DNA of 64,000 nt from Octopus bimaculoides. Its lineage: Eukaryota. Made by a program: the position numbers and the translations under genes. Location: NCBI RefSeq assembly GCF_001194135.2, contig NC_068991.1, forward strand, positions 77,958,504-78,022,503, read 5' to 3'. Under the pieces are notes generated by a model. It had not been told where the DNA came from. It saw only the letters and a list, made by a program, of their open reading frames with translations, and ran no database searches. Below, in pieces: positions 28,905 to 41,058 of the stretch (position 1 is the first letter of the stretch; every line of letters starts with the position of its first letter).

Positions 28905-29126
28905 AATTATTTACCTTTCCCTTACCATATTCCTGTTAAAATATCCTGCTTTTGTTTCAATTGGTTTTGAAAATAATAAGGAATTCAGTAAAATAAAGAG
29001 GGTCTTTGGAATTGAAATTACCATGAAATTTTGATGGAAGGTTTTAATTGAGATCAGCTTAAAATCAGGAAGTCAGTGTTGTAGAAGCAGAGGCAGTCTC
29101 AGGTGAATTGGTATTCAAAGGGTTAA
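28905..29126. mobile_element. piggyBac-like (TTAA) MITE; related copies at ~2303-2525, 5243-5445 and ~6933-7315
   Basis: Right end caaagggTTAA. Relatives begin TTAAcccttttgatacc or TTAAcccatttgat and share the interior gatctaaattaaaacct motif. CCC...GGG ends with TTAA flanks are piggyBac-type. Confidence 0.6.
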
Positions 29127-29434
29127 TCTCCATGCAGAGGATTATAGAGATCAGCTTAAAATCAGGAAGTTAGTGTTGTAGAAGCAGAGGCAGTCTTGGG
29201 TGAATTGGTATTCAAGGGGTTAATCTCCATGCAGAGGATTATTGAGATCAACTTAAAATCAGGAAGTTAGTGTTGTCTCGGGTGAATTGGTATTCAAGGG
29301 GTTAATCTCCATGCAGAGGATTATTGAGATCAACTTAAAATCAGGAAGTTAGTGTTGTAGAACCAGAGGCAGTCTCGGGTGAATTGGTATTCAAGGGGTT
29401 AATCTCCATGCAGAGGATTATTGAGATCAACTTA
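29048..29434. repeat. 97-bp tandem repeat, four units plus a partial unit (third unit lacks 15 bp)
   Basis: Units start at 29048, 29145, 29242, 29324 and 29421. Confidence 0.95.
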
Positions 29435-29435
29435 C

Positions 29436-29521
29436 CATTAATTCTGACACATCGTCCACATTCTGTCCCTTCATTGTGTGTTGGTTTATTTCCAAAATCT
29501 CATCCCCTTCATGCAAAAGGC
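29436..29521 (-). CDS. MPP5: MPP5/Stardust coding exon: PDZ (absent from the ORF track)
   Basis: tctttaaaccAG acceptor, ATG|GTAAGT donor; 86 nt, phase 1-0. (G)LLHEGDEILEINQHTMKGQNVDDVSELM. Confidence 0.94.
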
Positions 29522-29776
29522 CTGGTTTAAAGAAGAAAATAAAAACAAGTCAGAAAGGAAAAAGCAACTCTCATATTAGACACTCTGTCTCTCTCCCCCT
29601 CTCTGTCTCTCTCCTCTTCTCTGTCTCTCTCCCCCCTCTCTGTCTCTCTCCCCCTCCCCTCTCTCTCTACATATTTTTCTTTTTTTGTCTCTCATTGTAT
29701 GTCTGCTTCTGTTTCCATGTACCTCTAGCTTCATGTATCTCATTGTCAATGTCTCTCTGAGCATATATGTACATAA

Positions 29777-29810
<34 letters not shown>

Positions 29811-30374
29811 AATATCATCATTCAGGTTACTAGAACAATACTGAAAATGTCTTCTTTTTTTCTTCTTCTGAGACATGAGATTACAAATTGAAAAAGACAC
29901 AGAGATAAAACTGACAGACAAATAGACAGGTACATAAATAGACAACAAAAAAAGAAAAAGTGGACAGGCAGACATACAAAGTAGAAATGGACAGACAGGC
30001 AAGTGAACATAAGATGGTAGAGAGAGAGTTAAGTGGGAGGAAATAGAAATGCCAAGAAATAGAGAGAGAGAGAGAGAGACATGCGGATAAGTAGGAATGT
30101 AGAGACACAATTACTGTTTAGCCCTAGGTCAGTGCTGAATAAAGAGATTCATAATGAAAAGCATTCCAGCCTGGGATCACCCTGTTTGTCTTTAAGGCAT
30201 AGTATATCTAAGACTACATTATCTCAGGTATCCTTTTTAAGAGATGAGGGAGATTTGGTTGTTTTTTCTTGACATTTAAGTAACTGTGGAAATGCTTCCT
30301 CCATTGGTTAGTCAACCACAACAAACAGACAGAAAAGGGTAGACCACCTAATGTACCTTCTTAAGACACTAGGG

Positions 30375-30555
30375 TAGTGGTCCCCAACCTTTTCACTACC
30401 AAGGGCTCCTTTTATTTAAATGAGTTTTCTCACAGACCCCTATTAATATGCTTGTCCTTGGGGGGGGGGGTGAAATTTTGAATTTAGTTCATGGACCCAC
30501 AGAACTACCTTTGCAGACCATCAGGGGTCCACGGACCACAGGTTGAGAACCACAG
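30375..30555. mobile_element. hAT (Charlie/MER5-like) MITE nested in an older repeat
   Basis: TIRs tagtggtccccaacct / aggttgagaaccacag; flanks cactaggg / cactgggt (6/8). Confidence 0.65.
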
Positions 30556-30958
30556 CACTGGGTGTGATACGAGGGAGATTTGACTGCTATTTCTTGACAG
30601 CCGAGTGATTATGTCAAAGCTTCTCCCAATTGTAGTCAGCCGCATTGAAACAGGGAGGCAGAAATGGTTAGAGATACAGTTTGTCAGATAAAAAAAAGAA
30701 ATGAATTGATGTATAAATAAGGTGAATGACCAGAGAGAAGTGGACAGAGTGATGGACAGACAAACAGACATGTAAGAAAATAGGTAGGCAAGAAGAAATA
30801 TCTGGTGATTAATCCTAATGAAAAACAAGCAAGATTTTAATTACACAAAAACATCTTTGGCATCCTCAAGTAAGCCTCAACTTGTTTATCAAGTTTGAAG
30901 TTGAAAGAACATGTTTCTTCTTGTTACAGACTCACACACACACACACAAATTATATAA

Positions 30959-30996
<38 letters not shown>

Positions 30997-32440
30997 TAAT
31001 AATAAAGGAGTTACGACGCAAAAACGTATAAATTCAAAAGAACATATTTATCTTCTTCAATATATATTTCAGTATAAAGAATTCATTAAGATGCTTAAAT
31101 CAAAATTTCTTTACACATCATTCAGGAACAGATATAACATCAGAAAAAATACACTCCGTTTAAAANNNNNNNNNNNNNNNNNNNNNNNNNNNNNNNNNNN
31201 NNNNNNNNNNNNNNNNNNNNNNNNNNNNNNNNNNNNNNNNNNNNNNNNNNNNNNNNNNNNNNNNNNNNNNNNNNNNNNNNNNNNNNNNNNNNNNNNNNNN
31301 NNNNNNNNNNNNNNNNNNNNNNNNNNNNNNNNNNNNNNNNNNNNNNNNNNNNNNNNNNNNNNNNNNNNNNNNNNNNNNNNNNNNNNNNNNNNNNNNNNNN
31401 NNNNNNNNNNNNNNNNNNNNNNNNNNNNNNNNNNNNNNNNNNNNNNNNNNNNNNNNNNNNNNNNNNNNNNNNNNNNTATATATACACACATTACATACAC
31501 ATATGCATATATAGACAGTAAGAGGGAGACAGAGTATGAAGGATAGAAAGGTAATGAAATATAATGGGAGGGGGAAGACAGTAGTAAGGGAAGAAGTATG
31601 AGAAAGTGGGAGGGCAAAAGGAGTGAGTAAGGAAACAAAGCAACGGGGGGGGGGGCAAGACGGGTGCAATAAGAGATAAACAATGCAAAGGAAGGGGGAA
31701 GAAGGAAAGAAATTTGAAATTTGGCAAGGAATTTGTTAGAAATATATCCTCAATGCATTTAGTGAAACTGCTGGAAACTGTCTGCAAATTTTGATGAAAA
31801 TTGGAATATAATTGAAAAATATATCTAATTTTGAGACAAGGTCAACAATTTTGAAGGAAGTGGATAAGTAGTTAACATTGACCCCAGTACTTCAATGGTA
31901 CTTTATCAACCCTAAAAGGTTGAAAAGTAACACAGGCGTAAGTGGGATTTGAACTCAGAATGTGAAGAACCAAAAGAAATACTGCTAAACACATTGTCTG
32001 ATGCGCTAACAATTCTGCCAGTTCACTACCTTAGATAGACAGACAATAATCGCAGATATGCATCTTAAATCATCTTAAATAACGAGGCATAACAAACCAG
32101 CCAGCCAGCCAATCAATGGTCCCAAGACATTCCTCACTGTCATTAATATGGATACATAACCAATCAACGAACCAACTATGGGTCCCCAGTCAATCAGCTA
32201 TAAATGCCCCCACACAGCAGTAATCAATATACAACAAACTGATTGAATAGAACAACACTTCCTAAATCTCAGAGGAACAACTGAGCTAAATGTAGCTAAT
32301 CTTGATGCAGTTATGAATTTCCATCCAAACCGAACTGTCAAGGGAAACTAAACACAGAAGAAACCAGAATTTTGAACTCTTCTTGGTATTTATTTATTTA
32401 TCAGTCATCAAACAGAACAACTATATTCTTATTTTCCTGT

Positions 32441-32499
32441 CTTTAATTATATCCATCTTTAATTATATCCATCTTTAATTATATCCATCTTTAATTATA
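32441..32499. repeat. 16-bp tandem repeat (ctttaattatatccat) x3.7
   Basis: Perfect units at 32441, 32457 and 32473, plus a partial unit at 32489. Confidence 0.95.
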
Positions 32500-33642
32500 A
32501 CGACTTCACTTCAAAAGGTCACTGCTGGATTGATTACCAGACATGTCAAAATATTCCAACTATTTCTGTATCTTTCTCAAAGAATCAAGGTATGAAGGAA
32601 AGACAGAACTTCCTATAGAAACAACAAGACCAAATACCAAATACATTACCTGTTTTATTTGGTTCTTCACAAAAAAGAAACAAAAAAAAATTGTTAAAGG
32701 TTTAGATAATAGCTTCTTCATAGCAATATTTTTTATATAATATGGAATTTCTTTCAATAATCTTTAATGAATCAAGATGACTGGTTTTTGTTGTTATTGT
32801 TGTTTAATAATGACTTAATTTTATGCCAAATTAACTCAGTTGACTGCTAAAGTACAAATGCTTATAACACAGTCAATTTGTGTGTGTGTGTGTGCTTATA
32901 TATGTATTTATGTGTATAGACAGACAGACAGACAGAGAAACCATGGTCACTAAAGTTTGTTATTTTTTTGTAAATTGAATAATTCAAAGAAACGATATCG
33001 CAGACAGACAATCCTTAAGTTAGTAACACAAGAGGATCTGGAATAAATAAATGAAGAAATTGTTGATAAATGTATTATTTAGAAAAACCATTCAAATCAG
33101 GTTTCATATTCTTTAATTTCTATGACTTTCAAAAATTTTACAGCATTGTAATGGAAAAAGCCTCAACATCATTGCTGAGCCGAAATTTGCAAGAAATAGC
33201 AGCCAAATCTATTCCTCAGTTACATTTTACTATTGTTTTAAAGAAAAAGATACATAACACAAACATTCCCAGAAATATAAAAAGATGAGATGGTCATTGA
33301 TGGAATGCAAGTTGATCACAGAACATTTTGATCCAGCTTGACCTAGGGTTAAAACAACAAGCGGTAGTGAGATGTCCTCGACACAACATGAAAAGTTTGA
33401 CCGTTTGGTTGGACTTTCTTTTGGTGCCAAGCAACAAGGGTACAAAGAGAGCTAAACCTTGTGAAATAGCAGCATAAAACACAAGTCAAATAGTAAAATA
33501 CAAATCACAGTAGAGCCTGGAGTAGTTTTTACAAAAGTAAATCAAAAGGACAGAGCAAAACATTGAGCTCAAAACTCAAGCAAAATAAAAGAGGGGTTGC
33601 AACAGCGTTGAAATATTTTTTTATGTTTTCATAACTTGGAGA

Positions 33643-34003
33643 CTAATTCCTTCTTGGAATAAAGATTATTGGCCAACATAACACGGCAGTCCTGGTTTAG
33701 GATGAATGTTGCTGTAATTTAACCCCTGGAGATATCGTCTCCAGCTGGCTATACGACATGATCTGTGTCCTTATATTTTTGAACAGAGGAATCTAGCAGC
33801 CCCACCCAACTCAAAACAATATCTGTGCATCGCGATTTCCAGGTTATTTCTCTTCATCAGCACAATAATTACAGCAACATTCATCCTAAACCAGGACTAC
33901 CATGTTATGTTGGCAAACAATCTTCACTACAAAGTACTGTTGCTAAATATCTCTTGTGAGATTTAAAAATAGTAATTTTCTAATTCCTTCTTGGAGTAAA
34001 GAT
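33643..34003 (-). mobile_element. Second copy of the Penelope-like/hammerhead family, with an inverted terminal segment
   Basis: The core is the reverse complement of ~44050-44270. Inverted arms of 66 bp at 33654-33719 and 33867-33932 match at 59/66. A 24-bp direct repeat ctaattccttcttggartaaagat lies at 33643-66 and 33980-34003. Confidence 0.65.
33815..33868 (-). ncRNA. Second hammerhead motif copy, probably inactive
   Basis: Minus strand reads TTGTG-CTGATGA-AGAGAAATAACCTG-GAAA-TCGCGAT-G-CACAGA. Palindrome ATCGCGAT at 33836-29. Position 17 is G (AUG triplet, not NUH) and stem I is shortened. Confidence 0.6.
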
Positions 34004-34307
34004 CATAAGACCTTGAGACAAAGAGTATTAGTTTAAAGGGAGCCCTTACAAATGAGCATTTTGTTAATCTGTGAGTGCAGAATTTAAAGGCATTGTTGCA
34101 CAGCAAAATCATTCAAATGCTAAAACTATTTAGATCATGTGTTGTAGAAAAGATGAAAGTAATTTGGTGAGGAGAGAGGTGGAAATGAAGCAGATGTGGA
34201 GTAGAAACAGAAGGAAGCCAAAAGAGAGGGGGCTAAAAGTGATGGCCAAAAAAGAGGGGGATAAAAGTGATGAAGAAGGAAAACAAAGGAAGTAAATATA
34301 TATTTAC

Positions 34308-34383
34308 CACTCTTATCTGCCGCACCTCCTTTGACTATGCGTGCAATTATCACAGATTCGCCTTCATTTTTGACAGTAGCACC
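34308..34383 (-). CDS. MPP5: MPP5/Stardust coding exon: PDZ
   Basis: 76 nt, phase 0-1. GATVKNEGESVIIARIVKGGAADKS(G). With the previous exon it gives the PLGATV carboxylate-binding loop typical of PALS1. Confidence 0.94.
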
Positions 34384-35142
34384 CTGGGATGAAATAATAA
34401 AAATGAAGCAATCAAAATAGTGGGAAATAAATTGACAAAAGCAATAAAAGACTTGGGAATAAATGCTAATCAAAACTTTGAACTGTTCAAGACAGATGCA
34501 ACACATGTGAATTTCAACTCTAGGCCCCAGTGGAACTCCACCAGTTCTAGGCTAACTATCCCTAGCAGCAGATGGGCCACACTCTTGACCAATGAGAAAC
34601 AGCTAAATGGCTGACTAAACCCATTCTGTGTAGCATGTACCTCCATGTCCCCTACAACCAAAACTCTCTGCCAGTTATGAGGTCAAGGGTTCCAGCTGAT
34701 CCAATCAACAGAGCAACCAGCTCATGATATTCACATGCGAGTCACTGAGAACTCCACAGATACACGTAACCTTAACATGGTTCTCAGGGTGATTCAGTAC
34801 AACACACAATGTGACAAGTATGACCTTTTGAATTACAGGTAAAAACTTATTTCTGCCAGCCGAGTGAGTTGGAGGAAGAGGAAAAGGAGGGGGGAAAAGC
34901 AGAGGGAGAAGAACAGAAGGAAACAAGTTTGCAGACCCCTAATCTATCCAACATGACAGGCTGGTTGTTATGTTTGATAAATAATATTTTATAATTCTCT
35001 CCATAAATCTACATCCATCAATATTTCTAAAACCAAGAGCCATCTTTTGGGGGAACAAAGATGAATAAGAGTAAACTGTGGCTTCTCAGAAATCAGATTT
35101 CAAAAACACAAAAACAAAAAGCGTAGCTGTAGATGAACTTAC

Positions 35143-35280
35143 CAGCGGTTCTGAAGTCTTTTCTAAGTGAATAATTCGGACAGCACCTTCTCCATACTGT
35201 TTAAAAGAATAATCTTTAGTTTCCTTGTCTTCGGAAAATCTTGGGTTTCCTGAGAGTTGATCGTGGACTTTGAGTAAACT
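35143..35280 (-). CDS. MPP5: MPP5/Stardust coding exon: end of L27C and start of PDZ
   Basis: tattttcAG acceptor, CTG|GTAAGT donor; 138 nt, phase 0-0. SLLKVHDQLS...GEGAVRIIHLEKTSEPL. Confidence 0.93.
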
Positions 35281-35915
35281 CTGAAAATAAATAGCAGAAA
35301 CAGTTTTTAATAACAAGTATAAGACACATGGCTATGCGGTTAAAAGGTTTTACTTCCCAATCACATGGGTTGGGGTTCAGTTCTATGGTGTGGCACCTTG
35401 GGCAAGTGTTTTTTTCTGTAGCTGCACGTCGACCCAAGCTTTGGGAAAGGATATGGTAAACAGAAATTGAAAGAAGCTCACTGTGTGCGTGTGTGTGTGT
35501 GAAAGCATGTGCATGCATGCATGTGTGCATGTGTGTGTCTCTTTCACTGCTCCTGTCTTGACATCATGTGATGGCTGTAAACGAGAGTCACCATCACACA
35601 AGCAGCACACGTCGTTTCTAATCTTCTACGTAAACGTGTCTGACCCAGGGAAATCAATTACCTGACTGGGAAACAGGTGAGAATTGGCAACAAAAAGGGT
35701 ATCTGGCTGTAGAAAATTTGTCTCAATGAATTCTACCTGACCCATGCAAGCATGGAAGAATGGACATTAAAACGCTGATGGTGGTGGTATGTAGGTATGT
35801 GTAGAAGTGTGTTACGCATATACATATATGTGTAACAGATGTGTTTGTATGCTATGCATCTATTTTTATGAGTATGTGTGTGTTACTTATATATATGTTT
35901 GAGTGTTATGTACAC

Positions 35916-35952
<37 letters not shown>

Positions 35953-38266
35953 AGTGTGGTCACAAAGATTACAATATCATAGCCAAAAGCATCATCAGTG
36001 AATAAAAGATGTAGAATGGTTGACAGCTGAACACAAACCACTATTAGTTATGAGTTCATAATAAAATTCACCACATACACACACACGCGTTTAGACTTCA
36101 GATTCCATTGCAAGCATGCATCAAGCACTTTATGCCTTTGCATGGAAACCACACACACACACACACACACATTGTGTGCTTGTGCATAGCAAATCTAATG
36201 AGTATTTCACATTTAACCCTTTCATAATAAATGACACATTTACAGCAGAATCGTTTGCAAATAGGGAAGTCTATATTGATTTCCATTACATGTCTCTCTC
36301 TCTCTCTTTCTCTCTCTCTCTTTCTTTCTCTCTCCATCTCTTTCTCTCTCCATCTCCATCTCAGGACTTGAAAGGTTCAACATGTTGACTGAGATTCACG
36401 ACTAAGCAAGTGTTACCCCCACCCCNNNNNNNNNNNNNNNNNNNNNNNNNNNNNNNNNNNNNNNNNNNNNNNNNNNNNNNNNNNNNNNNNNNNNNNNNNN
36501 NNNNNNNNNNNNNNNNNNNNNNNNNNNNNNNNNNNNNNNNNNNNNNNNNNNNNNNNNNNNNNNNNNNNNNTCAACATACTGATTGGAACATTTACAAGAG
36601 TTTACCAAATGGTTCTTCTATTAGCAGAATGTTGATATCAAAGGGTGAGGAAAAAGTAGAAATAGAGAAAAAGCACCACTTCCCTCCATCCCTTCCCCCT
36701 CTCCCCCCCACTCAATACAAATGATGTTGTTCCAAAAATAATGTAAAAAAAAAAAGACAACAAAAGTTGTAAAATAAAAATTAAAAGTGGAGATATTATT
36801 TATGGTAACATGGTGAAGAATGAATAGAGAAGTCTGGCAATGGAGAGGAAAGGGACTGGATTAATAAACTAAGCTTGCTTCCCAACCATGTGGTCTTGAG
36901 TTCAGTCCCACTCTGCAACGCCTTGGGCAAGTGTCTTCTACTGTAACCCCAGGCTGACCAAAGCCTTGTGTGTGGATCTGGTGGATGGAAACTGAAAGAA
37001 GCTCATTGTACATATGTGCATGTGTATGTGTGTGTGTGTGTATGTGTGTGTGTGTTTGTCTCCCAGCATTGCTTGAGAACTGGTGTTGGTTTGTTTACGT
37101 CCTCCCTGAAAAACATGTCTGGCCAAGGATAAATCCTTGGTTGGAAAATCTGTCCCAGCAAATTTCATCTGACCCATGCAAGCATGGAAAAGTGGACGTT
37201 AGAATAAAGATGACTATATGTGATTCACCGAAAGAATTTAGCTATTGCTGTGTTTTAGCTATTACTATGTTCATAAATTAATCAAATTTATTTATTAGAC
37301 ACATGAGACAGTTAAAAAGGTTTATCATGTCAATGAGGTTGTATAACATTCATGTATATCTTTATAGCTCATGCATCAAATTAATTTATTTCTGTATTTA
37401 ATTCAATTAATCTAATTAAATTATCAATGTAGTGATAACTATAAAATCGTTGGGTATGTCCCATAGTAAACGTTAGTGCGTGTGTAGAGAGAGATTTGAG
37501 AGACAGAAACTGAAAGAAACCTGCCATATATATATCATACTTAAAGCAGATACACCACTGAAAGCCTAATAAACTGCAGTACTCATACCAAGACAACATC
37601 TCATAAATGTATAGTGTTAAAAAGCTCAGAAATATATCAGTGACAAGCAAAAATCATCCAATGGGAATTCAAAATGTGCATTTCTGCCTCTCTAGGTTTC
37701 GTCAGTAGCAACTATCCACTGGCAACCACATGGTAAGAAATTTGCTTCCCAACCACACGGTCCCAGGTTCAGTCCCATGGGGTGGAACCTACGGCAGATG
37801 TCATCATCTATAGCCTCAGGCTGACTAAAGCCTAGTGAGTTGATTTTGTCTGTGTATTTAGATAGTTATGGCCAGTTCATAGGGTTACCCATGGTTTCAC
37901 ATCTGTAAAGCACTTTACAAACATCTCATGAGACCCTAAAGCCTAAAGCCAAATGCCTTATGGATGCAAAACCCTCAGTGACCCCATGAACTGGTCATTA
38001 CTATCTTTATCTAAATACTCTACTGCTCTGTAACTCAGAGTGTGCACTTCTCTTCCGGATTTATGAGTTACTGATGATGTATGTATGTTGTCTTAATGCA
38101 CACACATATATATCATCATCATCGTTTAACGTCCGCTTTCCATGCTAGCATGGGTTGGACGATTTGACTGAGGACTGGTGAAACCGGATGGCAACACCAG
38201 GCTCCAATCTAAATTTGGCAGAGTTTCTACAGCTGGATGCCCTTCCTAACGCCAACCACTCAGAGA

Positions 38267-38305
<39 letters not shown>

Positions 38306-38555
38306 TATACACTTCTTTACTGCCCACAGGAAGACTAAACAGAGGGGACAAACAAGGACAGACAAAAGGATTAAGTCAATTAGATCAACCTCAGTGCGTA
38401 ACTGGTACTTATTTAATCGACCCCACCAAAAGGATGAAAGGCAAAGTCAACCTCGGCGGAATTTGAACTCGGAACATAATGGCAGATGTAATACTGCTAA
38501 GCATTTTGCCCAACATGCTAATGATTCTGCCAGCTCCTCACCACCTTTATATCAT

Positions 38556-38596
<41 letters not shown>

Positions 38597-38886
38597 AGGG
38601 ATCAGCAACAGTTGCTTCACCACATACCGAAGTTCAGAAGTAGCAGCTAAAGTGCTGAAACTCCAACAGATAGCAGTACTTGTAACTCACAAAGGCAAAA
38701 CAAGAAGAAAAAATAACGAACCTAACCAGTCGTAGTTAATCATAGACGCATTTCTGGCTTAGAAGAGTAAAAACTTTTCATTTCCTCATCAGTATGATAT
38801 TCCAGTTGCAAATTTGACGATGCTAGCAATAAATTTCTTTTTTATCAATTTAATGGTTTTCCATATTCCCAGAAGAAATTGCTTAC

Positions 38887-39164
38887 CTGAAAATTTGGTT
38901 CATTTATGATGTTGAAGAGTTCTGTAGAGGAAGTATCTGTACAATGATCCCTCATATCCAAGATTCTCAGAAGGTGCTGATATGATGCATCTGAGACAGA
39001 TTTGCAATTGGAAGTAGTAATGACTTTGTTATGTATCTTCACAGCTGTCTGGAATCGTGGGTTGTGGAATAAAACTGATAGCTGACAGAGATCGTTCTTC
39101 ATATCCGGCTGATTTTCAAAATAATTTTCTGATTGTTGCAAAAATCCAATCAAATCAGCAACAT
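38887..39164 (-). CDS. MPP5: MPP5/Stardust coding exon: L27N and start of L27C
   Basis: Acceptor ttcttcacAG, donor CAG|GTAAGC; 278 nt, phase 1-0. Encodes (N)VADLIGFLQQ...LFHNPRFQTAVKIHNKV...ELFNIINEPNFQ, an L27-type helical pattern. Confidence 0.92.
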
Positions 39165-40254
39165 CTGTGAAGAAACAAACAGAAATTAAACCATCAGAGA
39201 ATTGAATTAATTCCATTCATTTATCTTTTCTGCCAACTATCCCTGGAAGGATTGTGGGAATACAGTTCTTAGGAAATGGCATCATAGGGTCCTATCAGAA
39301 GCAACCATTATCAGACTTTCCCAGATGGAATTTCTAAGTGTGTGACTAAGCATATTCTCCAATTATTTTGTTCTTGATTGGCTCAGCTTAAAGAATCTGT
39401 CTGGTGATTCTTTCCTGTAACATTCTAATCACAAGGGTGTGTAGTGCCAGAGCTGAAACTGCTCAAAGCAGAGAAGTAGTGGCCTGACCCCTAGAGAGAC
39501 ACCCTGATCTCAAAGCTATGCACCCTGTTCAGTAATTAAGTAGGGTATTTTACTTATGGGCAGCAAATTAGCAGAGTTGTTAGAGCATTGGATAGAATAC
39601 CTCATAGCATTTGTTCCAATTCTCTGTAATCTGAGTTCAAATTTTACCAGGGTCAACTTTGTTGTTTATCCTCGGGGAGTGGAGTCAATAAAATAAGTAT
39701 CAATTCAAAGCCATGGATTAGTGATGCCTTGTGATACTTGCTCTGGTTCTTTGCATTCTGAGTTCAAATCCCCCCCCCCCCATGGCCTACTTGGATGATC
39801 ATTTTGAAAATAGTGGAGAATTTAGTAAAATCACTGTCGTTATTAGCTGGGATTTAAGATGAAACTTTGATAGGTTTTTGTTTTAGATCTTTTTAAAACA
39901 AAAAGTTTGTACATCAGAACCAGGAGCAGTCTCGAGTGAGTTGCGGGGGGGGGGGGGGTGAAGGTGGGCAAACTCAAGAGGTTTAAGACAGCTTGGTCAT
40001 GGCTGGAATGGCTTTGATCGTAAATCTGCAGGATCAGATCTGACCAGGAACTCAACAACAACAACTTGAAATTTATAAACAAAAGCAACATTTGTATATT
40101 TGACAAATATTTCATGAGTTTGTGATTCTGAAGGGTTCTTAGCTTTCAAGTATAGTTTGGCAAAGAACAAACCCTGCCATGCATCAGACAAAAATTCACC
40201 TTGTGTTTCTGAAATACAGGAAACTAAAAGAAAGCTTTATTGAAAGTTAAAAGA

Positions 40255-40890
40255 ACATGATCTGTTGCATCGATTTCAGTTGCATGCAGGTAAGTGGTTC
40301 TGTTAGAACTTTCCATTTTGTGGGAAGAACATACCATGGAGGCATTTGGGAGGAAGCGATGAAAATATTCTAGGCTGGTGGAATTATGTCAAAACAAAGA
40401 GTTACAAGGTGTGTTCCCACAGAGATGGGATGCAGAGGGTTCACAGAGGAGTCTCGCAGCAGAGCAGGGCTGTGGAGTCAAAATAAAAAACTTTGACTCC
40501 TCTACTATTGGCACTCTGACTCCGACTCCTCTATGTAATTAAGTGATCGCTGTCTATTTTACCAACTCCGACTACCCCTTAATTGTTTCCAACTCCGACT
40601 CCATGACTCCGACTCCACACCCCAGCTGCAGAGTCTACAACATTCTGGTCAGTGCAGGGGCAGTAGGCTAGAAGGCCATCAAGTTAGCAATGGGGGTAGC
40701 AGAGGTTGTTTTAAAGTGGACCTGTATCAAGAACTGTGAACCCTGGATTGGGTACTGCTCCCTGGGGTGGTGCTAACTGCACACAAGGTAGGGCTTGATC
40801 AGCCTTGGCCACATCACCTGAGTGAGAGTATCTGGTTGCTGCAAGACCTCAAACACCCAATGGTCTTACTAACGACATGCCTCGGGGCAA
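40255..40890 (+). mobile_element. RLE-type non-LTR retrotransposon 3' remnant (HERO/R2-like)
   Basis: LELSILWEEHTMEAFGRKR*KYSRLVELC (from 40303), frameshift, then TEMGCRGFTEESRSR|VYNILVSAGAVG*KAIKLAMGVAEVVLKWTCIKN. This resembles the restriction-like endonuclease C-terminus (ELTVPWE...KY..L....EVGCRGF...AIK...AAE....W.W.K). Clade assignment is from remembered consensus. Confidence 0.75.
40465..40625. mobile_element. hAT-type MITE with GACTCC subterminal repeats, inserted in a LINE
   Basis: TIRs cagggctgtggagtc / gactccacaccccag (13/15), several (c)gactcc motifs, and an 8-bp TSD cagcagag / ctgcagag (7/8). Confidence 0.75.
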
Positions 40891-41006
40891 CTCAAAATGA
40901 TGAGCAAACTAATGTTCTACAGATTCTGATGGGTTTGGCAATTTGCTGATTGGGAATTGTCAACACAAAGTCACTGCTTTTGCTCAAATGATTTCATGTG
41001 AAAACA

Positions 41007-41058
<52 letters not shown>

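Noticed and set aside
29048-29434. Tandem array as a CRISPR-like repeat-spacer locus
   Set aside because: The units are contiguous with no unique spacers, the context is a eukaryotic intron, and there are no cas genes.
27183-38795. Other CTGATGA motifs (27184, 27692, 38063 on +; ~38790 on -) as hammerheads
   Set aside because: None has a correctly placed GAAA, NUH and closing stems.
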